Positions 1 through 8,591 of a stretch of DNA of 60,583 nucleotides are shown in pieces. A program made the position numbers and the translations under genes. The stretch is from IMG/VR virus record IMGVR_UViG_3300034684_000282. One strand, given 5' to 3'. Position 1 is the stretch's first letter; each line of letters begins with the position of its first letter. The notes under the pieces were generated by a model. That model was not told the origin of the DNA and did not search any database. It saw only the letters and a program-made list of their open reading frames with translations. The DNA comes from an uncultured virus (IMG/VR IMGVR_UViG_3300034684_000282). Taxonomy: Duplodnaviria; Heunggongvirae; Uroviricota; Caudoviricetes.

Positions 1-195
1 GACGAGGACTTCGGAACGATGCTTAACATGGTCTGGCCGAAGCTTCCAGCTATCGACATTCTAGCCCTGAGGGAGGAGATGGCTAAGTACGACCACGGGT
101 ACGTAAAGAGTAGTGCCGTTAAGTGCCCCGTGTGCGAGGATTACTTCGAGCAGGCGGCGGTACTCTCATTTGACTTTTTTCGCCCGAGCAGTTGA
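1..195 (+). CDS. 3' end of tail assembly chaperone / T4 gp26-like baseplate hub protein (partial)
   Basis: Frame 1 is open from base 1 to TGA 193-195 and reads ...KCPVCEDYFEQAAVLSFDFFRPSS*. The CPxC...FF ending and the position before the tape measure gene fit this class. Confidence 0.65.
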   Translation, partial: DEDFGTMLNMVWPKLPAIDILALREEMAKYDHGYVKSSAVKCPVCEDYFEQAAVLSFDFFRPSS

Positions 196-421
196 AGACC
201 CGCAGTTGGTTGTTGACTTTCTATCCGTATACCGGGACCCAGAGCTTGACATTGAGAGGGAGTTAGTCCAGCTAGTTCACTACGGGGATCTAACCTACTA
301 CGACGTTAACATGATGACCTTCAAAGTAAGAAGGTTCTGGTTAGAGGAGATTCAGAGAATAATTCAAGAAAAGCTAAAGGCTAGCTCTGAGGCGAGCATG
401 CGTGGAATGGGAATGTTTTGA
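176..421 (+). CDS. gp51/GT-like tail chaperone extension, probably reached by frameshift
   Basis: Reads ERELVQLVHYGDLTYYDVNMMTFKVRRFWLEEI. It has no convincing start of its own and overlaps the upstream gene at TTT TTT CGC. Confidence 0.55.
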   Translation, partial: FFARAVEDPQLVVDFLSVYRDPELDIERELVQLVHYGDLTYYDVNMMTFKVRRFWLEEIQRIIQEKLKASSEASMRGMGMF

Positions 422-549
422 CCTTTTCCCATTCCACTTTTCACGTCTAGCAAACTAAAATTAATTCCAAGTTGTTAACTTGACTACTAGCAGTGGGTAA
501 CACTCCTAACAGTAGTGTTAGTTTAAACTCGAGCGTAGGGTGATTAGTT

Positions 550-3162
550 ATGCCTGAAAGTAACGAAGTACTCTTAGACTTAATATCCCAAAGCATTAGG
601 ATAGAGAGACCAAGCTTAACCGAGGAACGCTCTAGAGCTCTAGCCTCCGAAGTAAAGAGCGTCTTTGAGTCTCTAAACGGAGGCATCATGCAGCTAGAGG
701 ACGCTACTCAAAGCATAGTGTCTCTGTGCTTAAGCTTACTCAGTAAGACTAAAGACTTGACCGAGAGTAGCGGCGTGTTAGTATCCTCCTATGATTTAAT
801 CATAGAAAAGATAGACAGCATAGTGGCTAGAATTAACACCGCGGTGAGAGAAAGCGACGCTTTACTTAGGCAAAGCCTTAAGTTTCAAAGCATAGTTGAG
901 CAAAACCTAAGCTACACTGTAGCGCTACCGACTAAATTAGTCAAGAGCATGGAGAGTGCGCTTGAGAAGACAAACACGCTTACAGTTAGCTCTGTTACTC
1001 AGAGCGTAGTAAAAGTTGTGGGTAGGATTGTAAACTCATTTAGATCTATTAAAGATTTTATAAATGACCCGTTTAGGGTTATAGGAGACGCATTTAGTAA
1101 AAAGATTGAGGAGCAGAGTATTTTAACTCTTAACAGAAGCGGTGCGTTTAGCGAAAGAGATAAAAAGCAGGGTGTCTTAATTCCTAGAGATAGTAAAGAT
1201 AGTAGAGAGTTAAACTTTTTAAACGTTAGAAAAAACGACACTACCGATAAAAAGTCTATAGCTAGCGTTGTGAGTGGTCAAGCTAACAGTAATCTTCTTA
1301 ACGAGAGAGCGTTGGCAGGTATTACAAACATTCCGCTCAGCGAGCAAGTAGTACTTAATAAAACTACCCCGGGTGTTGCCGTTAGGTGGCTGGCGAGACG
1401 GTTGGAGAGAAGCGGTTTAATGACTAGCGGTGTTGAAGAAGCTAAGGGTGGCATTGTGTCTAATATAAAGGATAAGCTATTAGAAGGATTGGGATTAGCT
1501 AGCGGAATGCACTTAGGTAGAACATTACTTCCTAAACTGGTATCGATGTTATTTAACCCTTGGGTATTGGGAGCAGCGGCTGCAACTTTAGGTGGAGTTT
1601 TACTTTGGAAGTTTCGAAAGCCCATCGGTGACTTTCTAGGCGGTGTTAAAGACACCGCTGGTAAGTTATTTGAAAACATAAAGACTGACGTTAGCGCTAA
1701 GTTTGATAAGATAAAGGACTCTTTTGTCAGAGGCTGGGAGAGTAGTATAGAGAGCCTTAAGGTTGGGTGGGGGTGGGTTACCGATAAGTGGGAGAGTGTG
1801 CGGGGTGTGTGGTCGGACGCCGTAGACTCCGTTAGAAGCTTTTGGGACAGCGTTGCTGAGAAAGCGTCTAGCGTATACGATAGAACCATCTCGCCACTCC
1901 TGAAGAATATTGACGATTTGTTTGGCGGAGTGTTTTCCGGAGTAATAGGGGAGGTTAAAAAGTTAAAACCCTTCTTAGACAACTTTAGCAGCTGGCTGGG
2001 TAGCTTTAGAGACAGTGTGCTAGACTTTGTTACAACACCCGGTAAGAAGTTTATAGACTGGCTTAAGAGCGTTAAGGACGCCGCAGTTCCTCCGAAAGAA
2101 GTTGGGCGTAGCGGGGTGCTGGGTTACCCAGTAGGGAGAGACGCGAGGGAAAGAATAGACAGAAACAACGTTAAGCCTGAAGAAAAGAATATCAAGGTGG
2201 ACGTCGATCTAAACTCTATGCTTAAGCGTCAAGAGTTTGACGTTACCAAGTCAAACTTGAGTCGAGTTGTGGACGAGGGAGCGGTTTTAAAGACTACCTA
2301 CGACGTGATAAAGAGGGTTGAAGCCGGTGATCGGTACGACGCCGTTAATCTAAACGACGCCGGCGCCGTTTCGCTGGGAGTGCTGCAGTGGCGCGCTGAC
2401 CGAGCCCGGGATTACCTAAAGAGACTGGCTGAGGTAGACCCTAAGCTGTTTAGGGCTACGATGGGGGACAGAGTTTTTGCTGACTTGAAGCGTAAAGATT
2501 GGAGTGCTAGAGCGTTTTCTACGGAAGAGAGCCAGGGTTTTGCTAAATTATTAGAAGACCCAAGGATGAGGACTGAAACAGACAAGCTAGCCGTGCAAGA
2601 CATTTCGAAGTACTTTAGACAAGCTAGAGAATTGGGTATACAAAATTACAAAAGCTTATCCCTTGCCGCTAGTATGATTAACCAGTATGGTTTTACTGGT
2701 TTTAAGAATTTACTAGAGAGTAGACTACAGACAACTGACTTTGAGGAAATAGCTAAGACAATAAGGGAAGACGCGAGGTTTCCGTACAGAACTAGAAGGT
2801 TAGAAGAGATAGAGCTGCTTGACAGCATGTACAGAGACTTTAAAATTCTAAAGGAAGACGTGTCACGCACTATAAACATCCCTCAAACTCTAGAGTCCTA
2901 CCAGCAGTCGGTTAACTCCCTAGTAACCAGTGAGATTAAGACAGGGTTGAAAGCCGTTTCAGACAGTTTTGCAAAGTCTATCAGCGAGCTTAAGGCCGAG
3001 GTGAAGGAAGCCAAGGGTAGGGGTGACGACCGGGGTATGGTAGACTCTCCCCCAGCACAGGTTGACCGAAGCTACGTAAACAACATACCAAGGTACATCA
3101 TGGAGATGATATTCGGTCTCAACATCGGTGGGGAAGACAAGAAGCTTGGGGGTATATTCTGA
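550..3162 (+). CDS. tape measure protein with C-terminal lysozyme-like peptidoglycan hydrolase domain
   Basis: Helical, with a hydrophobic segment and W/F-periodic repeats (WESSIESLKVGWGWVTDKW). C-terminal E..(AGDRYDAVN)..SLGVLQW motif. Lies before the baseplate genes. Confidence 0.75.
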   Translation: MPESNEVLLDLISQSIRIERPSLTEERSRALASEVKSVFESLNGGIMQLEDATQSIVSLCLSLLSKTKDLTESSGVLVSSYDLIIEKIDSIVARINTAVRESDALLRQSLKFQSIVEQNLSYTVALPTKLVKSMESALEKTNTLTVSSVTQSVVKVVGRIVNSFRSIKDFINDPFRVIGDAFSKKIEEQSILTLNRSGAFSERDKKQGVLIPRDSKDSRELNFLNVRKNDTTDKKSIASVVSGQANSNLLNERALAGITNIPLSEQVVLNKTTPGVAVRWLARRLERSGLMTSGVEEAKGGIVSNIKDKLLEGLGLASGMHLGRTLLPKLVSMLFNPWVLGAAAATLGGVLLWKFRKPIGDFLGGVKDTAGKLFENIKTDVSAKFDKIKDSFVRGWESSIESLKVGWGWVTDKWESVRGVWSDAVDSVRSFWDSVAEKASSVYDRTISPLLKNIDDLFGGVFSGVIGEVKKLKPFLDNFSSWLGSFRDSVLDFVTTPGKKFIDWLKSVKDAAVPPKEVGRSGVLGYPVGRDARERIDRNNVKPEEKNIKVDVDLNSMLKRQEFDVTKSNLSRVVDEGAVLKTTYDVIKRVEAGDRYDAVNLNDAGAVSLGVLQWRADRARDYLKRLAEVDPKLFRATMGDRVFADLKRKDWSARAFSTEESQGFAKLLEDPRMRTETDKLAVQDISKYFRQARELGIQNYKSLSLAASMINQYGFTGFKNLLESRLQTTDFEEIAKTIREDARFPYRTRRLEEIELLDSMYRDFKILKEDVSRTINIPQTLESYQQSVNSLVTSEIKTGLKAVSDSFAKSISELKAEVKEAKGRGDDRGMVDSPPAQVDRSYVNNIPRYIMEMIFGLNIGGEDKKLGGIF

Positions 3163-5078
3163 TGGAAATTTTTGATAATTTTAAAGAATATTTTCGTAGT
3201 GATACAAAGAGTATGGGGTCTGTCTTACTCCAAAAAATGGACTTCTTTAATCTATACGGCTTACCTGAGTACAAGCCGTCGCAGGACAACAGTGAGGACA
3301 ACTACTTGGGATTTATACCCATTGTTATAAGAAGCGCCTCTTTCTACGGTGAGGAAGTAGGGGAAAAAACGTCCATTGACTCCGACGAGGAAGAAAATAA
3401 GAGTATCAACATAAAGCTACCGTGGCTACCCTCCGAGATAGCCGACAGCGTTTCAGTTTCCTACTCGAGAAGGGGGAATACCGGGGTTCAGTGGCCTGAA
3501 GTTTTGTCAAAAACGGCGGCGATGCTGAGTGTAGACTTAGCCAACATCGCTCTCGCTGAGTATAACTCGCAAAACTTGAGTAAAACCCTTGACTTAGAGT
3601 TTATCCTACCGATAAACAGAACACTCCTAACCGCCGGCGGTACTCACTACATGCCGAAAAGGTCGGAGGCCGAGCTTACAGGTGATACACTCCCCTACAG
3701 GGAGGAAAACATTGAAGTTAAGGATTTTATGAAAAACGTTAGAATTTACCTTGGCGCGCTTCAGGGACTAGTGTACCCCAGATCCTTTGGTTTCCGGTAC
3801 CCACCGCTGCTGGCGGTGAAGTTAGGTGGTTTGTACAGGGGTTTTAAGGGGTTTCTGAGAGAGGTAAGCATCCGCACGAGCGAGGAAATGCTGGACTTAG
3901 GAAACGAGATGTTTCCGATGATCATCCGCGGTAGCTTACGGTTTATAAACGTTTTCATGTACTCCTGGAGTGACACACCCTATAAAAAACTGCAGGCGTT
4001 TGTACTGTCTAACAACCCGCAGATTCTGTTCGGTATGGACTACAAGGACGAGGAACTGGTAACAAGCGTGTATGCCGGAGAAAACCGACCGGTGAGTTTT
4101 CCAGAAATTATTAGTAGTGCAGGCACTCGACCGGTAGACGCCGGTGACCAAACTCTAACACTTATTCAAAGGACAAGCGACAGGTACGAGAACTTTAACT
4201 ACACTAGCGCTGACTACACTAACCTAGACAGAGCGTACCAAAACATGAAAAACTTTGACTACAGCCGAGACTTTAACACGCTAAACTTTAACCCAGAGGC
4301 CGTGCAGCAGATCAACACTGACTTTAGTAGCGTAATGAGTAGCGTAAGCAACGATCAGTTTAACTTTCTAGACATAGGCAGTGATAACGAGTCCTTGCTA
4401 CTGTCGGAAAAAATTCAAAACGCTATAGGTTCAGTGCAGGATGTGTCAGACTACGCTAGTTTACTAACTAACATTAGGGAGAGGGACCTGTTTAGTTCGC
4501 TGTCAGCCTTGTCTAGGATAGTTAGGTCTTCAAACTCCGCTTTAGCAGAGCCGGTGCAGAGTGTCATTGACTTGTACTGGCCAGCGGTTAACATACTGTC
4601 TACGATAGACTCCGGCATAAGTTTAAGTAACGTTACTGACTTTTACAGTAACATCTTAGCGCTAGTCAGTGTTTTAGAGAACTCTACGCTAGTAACTAAG
4701 AAAGATTTAGACGAGGCAACATATACTAACAGCCTGTATGTAGAAAAGAGTTCAAACACGCTGAGTGATATAAACAAAAGTTTAAACAGTAGTGTTACCT
4801 ACTACGGGGATCTAGCACCCGTAACAACACTGTACTTTTCCAACCTACTGTTGTTAGAAACGGAGATATTAAAAAGCATGAATAACCTAAAGAATGTCAA
4901 CCAACTAATGTATGAGAGGTCGCACGACCTTAAGAGTAGGGGTACCCTGTCTGAGGGGGAAGTTGCTAAGTACAAGCGAGTCTACGACCAAGCGAAAAAG
5001 ATAGACACCGCGGTGGCGAGTAACATTAACGAGTTGCTGCGTGTAAACTTAAGCTTGTTTGAAGAGGTACTAAGCTAA
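3162..5078 (+). CDS. baseplate / tail-tube initiator-like structural protein
   Basis: Coupled to the tape measure gene. The YPPLLAVKLGGLY..KGFLREVSI segment resembles gp48/gp54/CIS-tube-like proteins; long helical C-terminus. Confidence 0.45.
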   Translation: MEIFDNFKEYFRSDTKSMGSVLLQKMDFFNLYGLPEYKPSQDNSEDNYLGFIPIVIRSASFYGEEVGEKTSIDSDEEENKSINIKLPWLPSEIADSVSVSYSRRGNTGVQWPEVLSKTAAMLSVDLANIALAEYNSQNLSKTLDLEFILPINRTLLTAGGTHYMPKRSEAELTGDTLPYREENIEVKDFMKNVRIYLGALQGLVYPRSFGFRYPPLLAVKLGGLYRGFKGFLREVSIRTSEEMLDLGNEMFPMIIRGSLRFINVFMYSWSDTPYKKLQAFVLSNNPQILFGMDYKDEELVTSVYAGENRPVSFPEIISSAGTRPVDAGDQTLTLIQRTSDRYENFNYTSADYTNLDRAYQNMKNFDYSRDFNTLNFNPEAVQQINTDFSSVMSSVSNDQFNFLDIGSDNESLLLSEKIQNAIGSVQDVSDYASLLTNIRERDLFSSLSALSRIVRSSNSALAEPVQSVIDLYWPAVNILSTIDSGISLSNVTDFYSNILALVSVLENSTLVTKKDLDEATYTNSLYVEKSSNTLSDINKSLNSSVTYYGDLAPVTTLYFSNLLLLETEILKSMNNLKNVNQLMYERSHDLKSRGTLSEGEVAKYKRVYDQAKKIDTAVASNINELLRVNLSLFEEVLS

Positions 5079-5464
5079 TGGCGGACTACAGCCAGAGGTT
5101 GGAGATTTTAAACCTAAACTACGGGAGAAAGATTTACCCATCCGCCACCGACAGCAGGCACCACATGGCCGTGAATTCAGAGTTGTACAAGTTTGAGGGT
5201 ATCGGTGTGCTGCCTTTGTTTTTAAGAAACTTTGCCGGCAGTGTTCCCGAGTACGTGAGCGGAGAGTACGCGCATAGGGTAAGGGAGGGTGAGGTTAACC
5301 GCTTAGACTTGATTTCTTGGAAGTACTACAGGACTCCTGAGCTTTTCTGGGTAATAATGGCGGTTAACGATATCGTAAATCCATTTGACGTTGCGGAAGG
5401 TACTATCTTAAGAATTATACCTAAGTCTTACGTTGAATACTACTTAATCCGGTACTACAAGTAG
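5078..5464 (+). CDS. LysM-type baseplate wedge protein (T4 gp53 / P2 gpX-like)
   Basis: HRVREGE..RLDLISWKYYRTPELFWVIMAVN.I.NPF...GTILRI. Confidence 0.8.
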   Translation: MADYSQRLEILNLNYGRKIYPSATDSRHHMAVNSELYKFEGIGVLPLFLRNFAGSVPEYVSGEYAHRVREGEVNRLDLISWKYYRTPELFWVIMAVNDIVNPFDVAEGTILRIIPKSYVEYYLIRYYK

Positions 5465-5480
5465 GAAGTGGTGTCTAGCG

Positions 5481-6935
5481 GTGTTTAACACAGTAGAGTA
5501 TTTTGACTACTTTATAACTAAGGCCAACCTGTCGTGGTACAGTCACAACCCGACTGTGGTTAAGAGCTTCTCCTACCACTTGTCTCAGTATACCCCGTCT
5601 GTATACGCTGAAATCCTACTGATGATTAACGAAGACTATTTTGAAGACTTTAAAAACATTGAGAATTTTCCGATTAAGGACAGGACCGTTGAGGTTTGGT
5701 TTGAGGACGAGCTGTACAGCCTAAGGCACAACGGTAAGTTTTTCTCCGGACCGTTTAAGTTCTGCGTAGTTAACTACGAGGTTACAAAGTTTAGCGTAAC
5801 GGAGATGGACATTGAGTACAGCGATATTAACGCCGGCAAGCTGATCAGTCTAAAGTGTGTCGACCCTATCTTTTACACAATGCAGCTGAGTGAGAAGTTT
5901 GAGTCGTACGGTAAGACCACCGTGTCTAACATTGTGAGTAAGATAGTAGTAAGAAACGGTGGGAGAGTAAGCAAGATAGTACCGACCGACTACAGCTACA
6001 ACTGGCTACAGGCACAGCTAACTGATTACGAGATGATTAGGTCGATGCTACCCTACGCTAGGTCGACTAGCGGGGAGCTACTCTACAACTTCTTTATGTT
6101 CAACGGTGAGGCGTACTTTGCCCCGATTACGCAGAGCTTAAAAACCCCGTACGTTGTAAACTTAGACATGATTAAAAACTCTAAGGAATTGGTCAACATC
6201 ACTAACTTTAAGAGTTTGATAGAGAAGTACGGTAGTAGGGACAGCTTGGTGCACCTTGACCGGGGCTACAGTAGCTTTAAGGGCTTCAAGCCGGACTCAA
6301 TGTCTAAACAGAGTTACATTGGGTTGAGAAAACCCGAAGACGAAAAGTTCGGTGGTCTCGGTGGACTCGGTGGTTTGGGTAGTTTAGTAGGAGGCTTTAG
6401 CGGTGCGAGTCTAATCAGTGAGAGTCTGATCAGCAACAACCCACTGCTTAACCCCGTTCCGAGCTACACTGACATTGTACAAGACTACAGCAACGTTAAG
6501 GACTTTAAGTTGGAAGTGCCGAGTTTAACCCCTGAGCAGGAGGGGATTCTAAATCCGGCGCTAAGAGTTTCCGACAAAAGACAGCACAGGGGGTTAGCCT
6601 CCCAGTACATCACCGGTAGTATTGACGAAGAGGAGTTACAGGAGATTTACATCTCTAACCTAAGGCACAGGGTGCATACCTTTGGAAAACTAGTAGACAC
6701 CTTTATAGAGGTTATACCTGAGTTGACTCCGCTAAGCTGCATCGAGATCGTAAGCTTGGAGGGTGATAAGCTTAAGGATCTAAACGGCTTGTACTACATA
6801 GCTTCCGTAACCTACAACTACGGGATGACTAACACGCACCCATACCAACCGTACATGCGTGTAGTACTGTGCTCCGAGCTTGACTCAAAGGGTATGGAGA
6901 ACCCAGAGGGAGAGGCAATGTTCTATGTCTTCTAG
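5481..6935 (+). CDS. baseplate hub protein (gp27 / gpD-like)
   Basis: Lies between the gp53-like and spike genes. Motifs Q..LTDYEMIR and LNGLYYIASVTYNY. Contains a Gly-rich insertion. Confidence 0.6.
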   Translation: MFNTVEYFDYFITKANLSWYSHNPTVVKSFSYHLSQYTPSVYAEILLMINEDYFEDFKNIENFPIKDRTVEVWFEDELYSLRHNGKFFSGPFKFCVVNYEVTKFSVTEMDIEYSDINAGKLISLKCVDPIFYTMQLSEKFESYGKTTVSNIVSKIVVRNGGRVSKIVPTDYSYNWLQAQLTDYEMIRSMLPYARSTSGELLYNFFMFNGEAYFAPITQSLKTPYVVNLDMIKNSKELVNITNFKSLIEKYGSRDSLVHLDRGYSSFKGFKPDSMSKQSYIGLRKPEDEKFGGLGGLGGLGSLVGGFSGASLISESLISNNPLLNPVPSYTDIVQDYSNVKDFKLEVPSLTPEQEGILNPALRVSDKRQHRGLASQYITGSIDEEELQEIYISNLRHRVHTFGKLVDTFIEVIPELTPLSCIEIVSLEGDKLKDLNGLYYIASVTYNYGMTNTHPYQPYMRVVLCSELDSKGMENPEGEAMFYVF

Positions 6936-8088
6936 ACTTACAGGTGTGTATATAGGCTTAGTGGTAGACAACGATGATCCGAAAAAACTCGGTAGGTTAA
7001 AAGTGTCCGTACCGAGTGTGTACGGAAACATTAAGACGGAAGACCTACCGTGGTCAGAACCGTGCTTTCCGTACGGTCACACCGACAAGGGGATATTTTT
7101 TATCCCCGAGTTGAACTCCCTCGTGTCAGTCATGTTCGTAAACGGAAGTCCCTACAAACCGCTGTGGCTAGGCTCAATCTTTAGGGAGAATGAAAACGTT
7201 GTACCCTCGGAGGCTAAGGACGTTTACCCGAGTAGAAAGATAATAAAGACAAACACCGGGTACCTGATGTTTGACGACGACTCGCAGTACATTGAGCTTA
7301 AGCACCGGTGTGGGTCCAGGATAAGCCTCTCGAGCGACGGTGACGTTACAATTCACGCGGCGCACGACGTTGTTATCTTGGCAGACCACCAGATCATGAT
7401 GGACTTGACAAGCAAGGAGCGGGTAGTACCCTTAAAGTACATCAAGCTGCAGGCGGAGCTAGACTTTATGTCGGCGAGTGAAAGGGCTAGCTACGCGGCG
7501 GAGTTGGAAGAGTACAACGTAAGGGTCAACACTAACTGCGGCGACCAGTCCAACGTCGTGTACCAGCGGAGTTCAACGGGTGGGCCGAGTTTAGGAAACA
7601 AGTGCAAGTCTCAGAGCGTTTCCCCGATCAGGCAGTGGGGTGCGACCCAGCGTCAAGCTAGTAGTAGCATGAAGCAGTACTACAAGCAGAGTATTACGAC
7701 TCTAAAGAAACATAGAAAGGGTAGTATAGACTACAGGTTTAGCGCTGAGTTCGCTTCTAGAATAGAGGCGGCTTTGGACGAAATGCAGCAGATTGAGCCG
7801 GCTTTGTACGATAAGTTTCAGTTTACCGACGGTTTTCGGGAGGAAAACAGGTACGGGGCGTCCGACTCTATGCACAAGTACGGCGCGGCCTTTGACTTTA
7901 ACTACAGCTCTTACGACTGCAACGAGAGGGAGAAAGTGTACTACATATTCGCTAAACACGGTATAGCTTGCCCCTTAGACACGTGGAACGGTCAGGATGA
8001 GGGAATGCACATGGAGCCGGCGGCGTCGCGCTACAACGGAGTCTACAGAGCGATAGTAGTAGAGGAAAGTGAAACACTACCCGGCTAG
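6925..8088 (+). CDS. baseplate central spike (gp5/gpV OB-fold) with C-terminal M15-like peptidase
   Basis: YIGLVVDNDDPKKLGRLKVSVP...PELNSLVSVMFVNG.PYKPLWLG. C-terminal R..SMHKYGAAFD...EGMHME. Likely ATG at 6925. Confidence 0.85.
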   Translation: MSSRLTGVYIGLVVDNDDPKKLGRLKVSVPSVYGNIKTEDLPWSEPCFPYGHTDKGIFFIPELNSLVSVMFVNGSPYKPLWLGSIFRENENVVPSEAKDVYPSRKIIKTNTGYLMFDDDSQYIELKHRCGSRISLSSDGDVTIHAAHDVVILADHQIMMDLTSKERVVPLKYIKLQAELDFMSASERASYAAELEEYNVRVNTNCGDQSNVVYQRSSTGGPSLGNKCKSQSVSPIRQWGATQRQASSSMKQYYKQSITTLKKHRKGSIDYRFSAEFASRIEAALDEMQQIEPALYDKFQFTDGFREENRYGASDSMHKYGAAFDFNYSSYDCNEREKVYYIFAKHGIACPLDTWNGQDEGMHMEPAASRYNGVYRAIVVEESETLPG

Positions 8089-8153
8089 CGGTGACTTACT
8101 CGCTGCGACGGTGCTTTTTAGTAAATAAAATTAATCCCAAGGTGATGAGCTAA

Positions 8154-8576
8154 GTGTCATACACGTACGAGTACACGTACCCTAAGAACAGGGAGGCGGC
8201 CGGCTACAGCGGGCCGGTGCCTTTACTTATTGAGACTGAAACTTACGCTCCAGGTATAATGGAGGTAAACGACCACCGTAACTTAATCCGCGCCTCCCTG
8301 CAGAGAATACTGGGGACCTCTAGAGGCGAGAGGGTCATGCAGCCGGAGTTTGGCCACAGCCTCAAGCGGATACTGTTTGAGCCTTTAGACGAGATTATAA
8401 TTGAAGATCTAAAGAGGGAAATATACAGCATTGTTAGCACTCAGGAACCTAGAATTGAGGTAAGAGACGTGTACTTTGACTTAGACTACGACAACCACAC
8501 TATCGCGATCGCGGTGTCTTTCTACTACAGGAGAAGTGGGGTTGAAGACTACTTTAACTTTTACATTAGGGGCTAA
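8154..8576 (+). CDS. baseplate wedge protein gp25/gpW family
   Basis: IRASLQRILGTSRGERVMQPEFG..L..ILFEP...EPRI. Confidence 0.92.
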   Translation: MSYTYEYTYPKNREAAGYSGPVPLLIETETYAPGIMEVNDHRNLIRASLQRILGTSRGERVMQPEFGHSLKRILFEPLDEIIIEDLKREIYSIVSTQEPRIEVRDVYFDLDYDNHTIAIAVSFYYRRSGVEDYFNFYIRG

Positions 8577-8591
8577 GGGGTATGTATAGTA

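Noticed and set aside
6349..6420. GGLGGLGGLG segment in the hub protein as an intein or mobile insertion
   Set aside because: It has no intein splice motifs or endonuclease signature and looks like a low-complexity loop.
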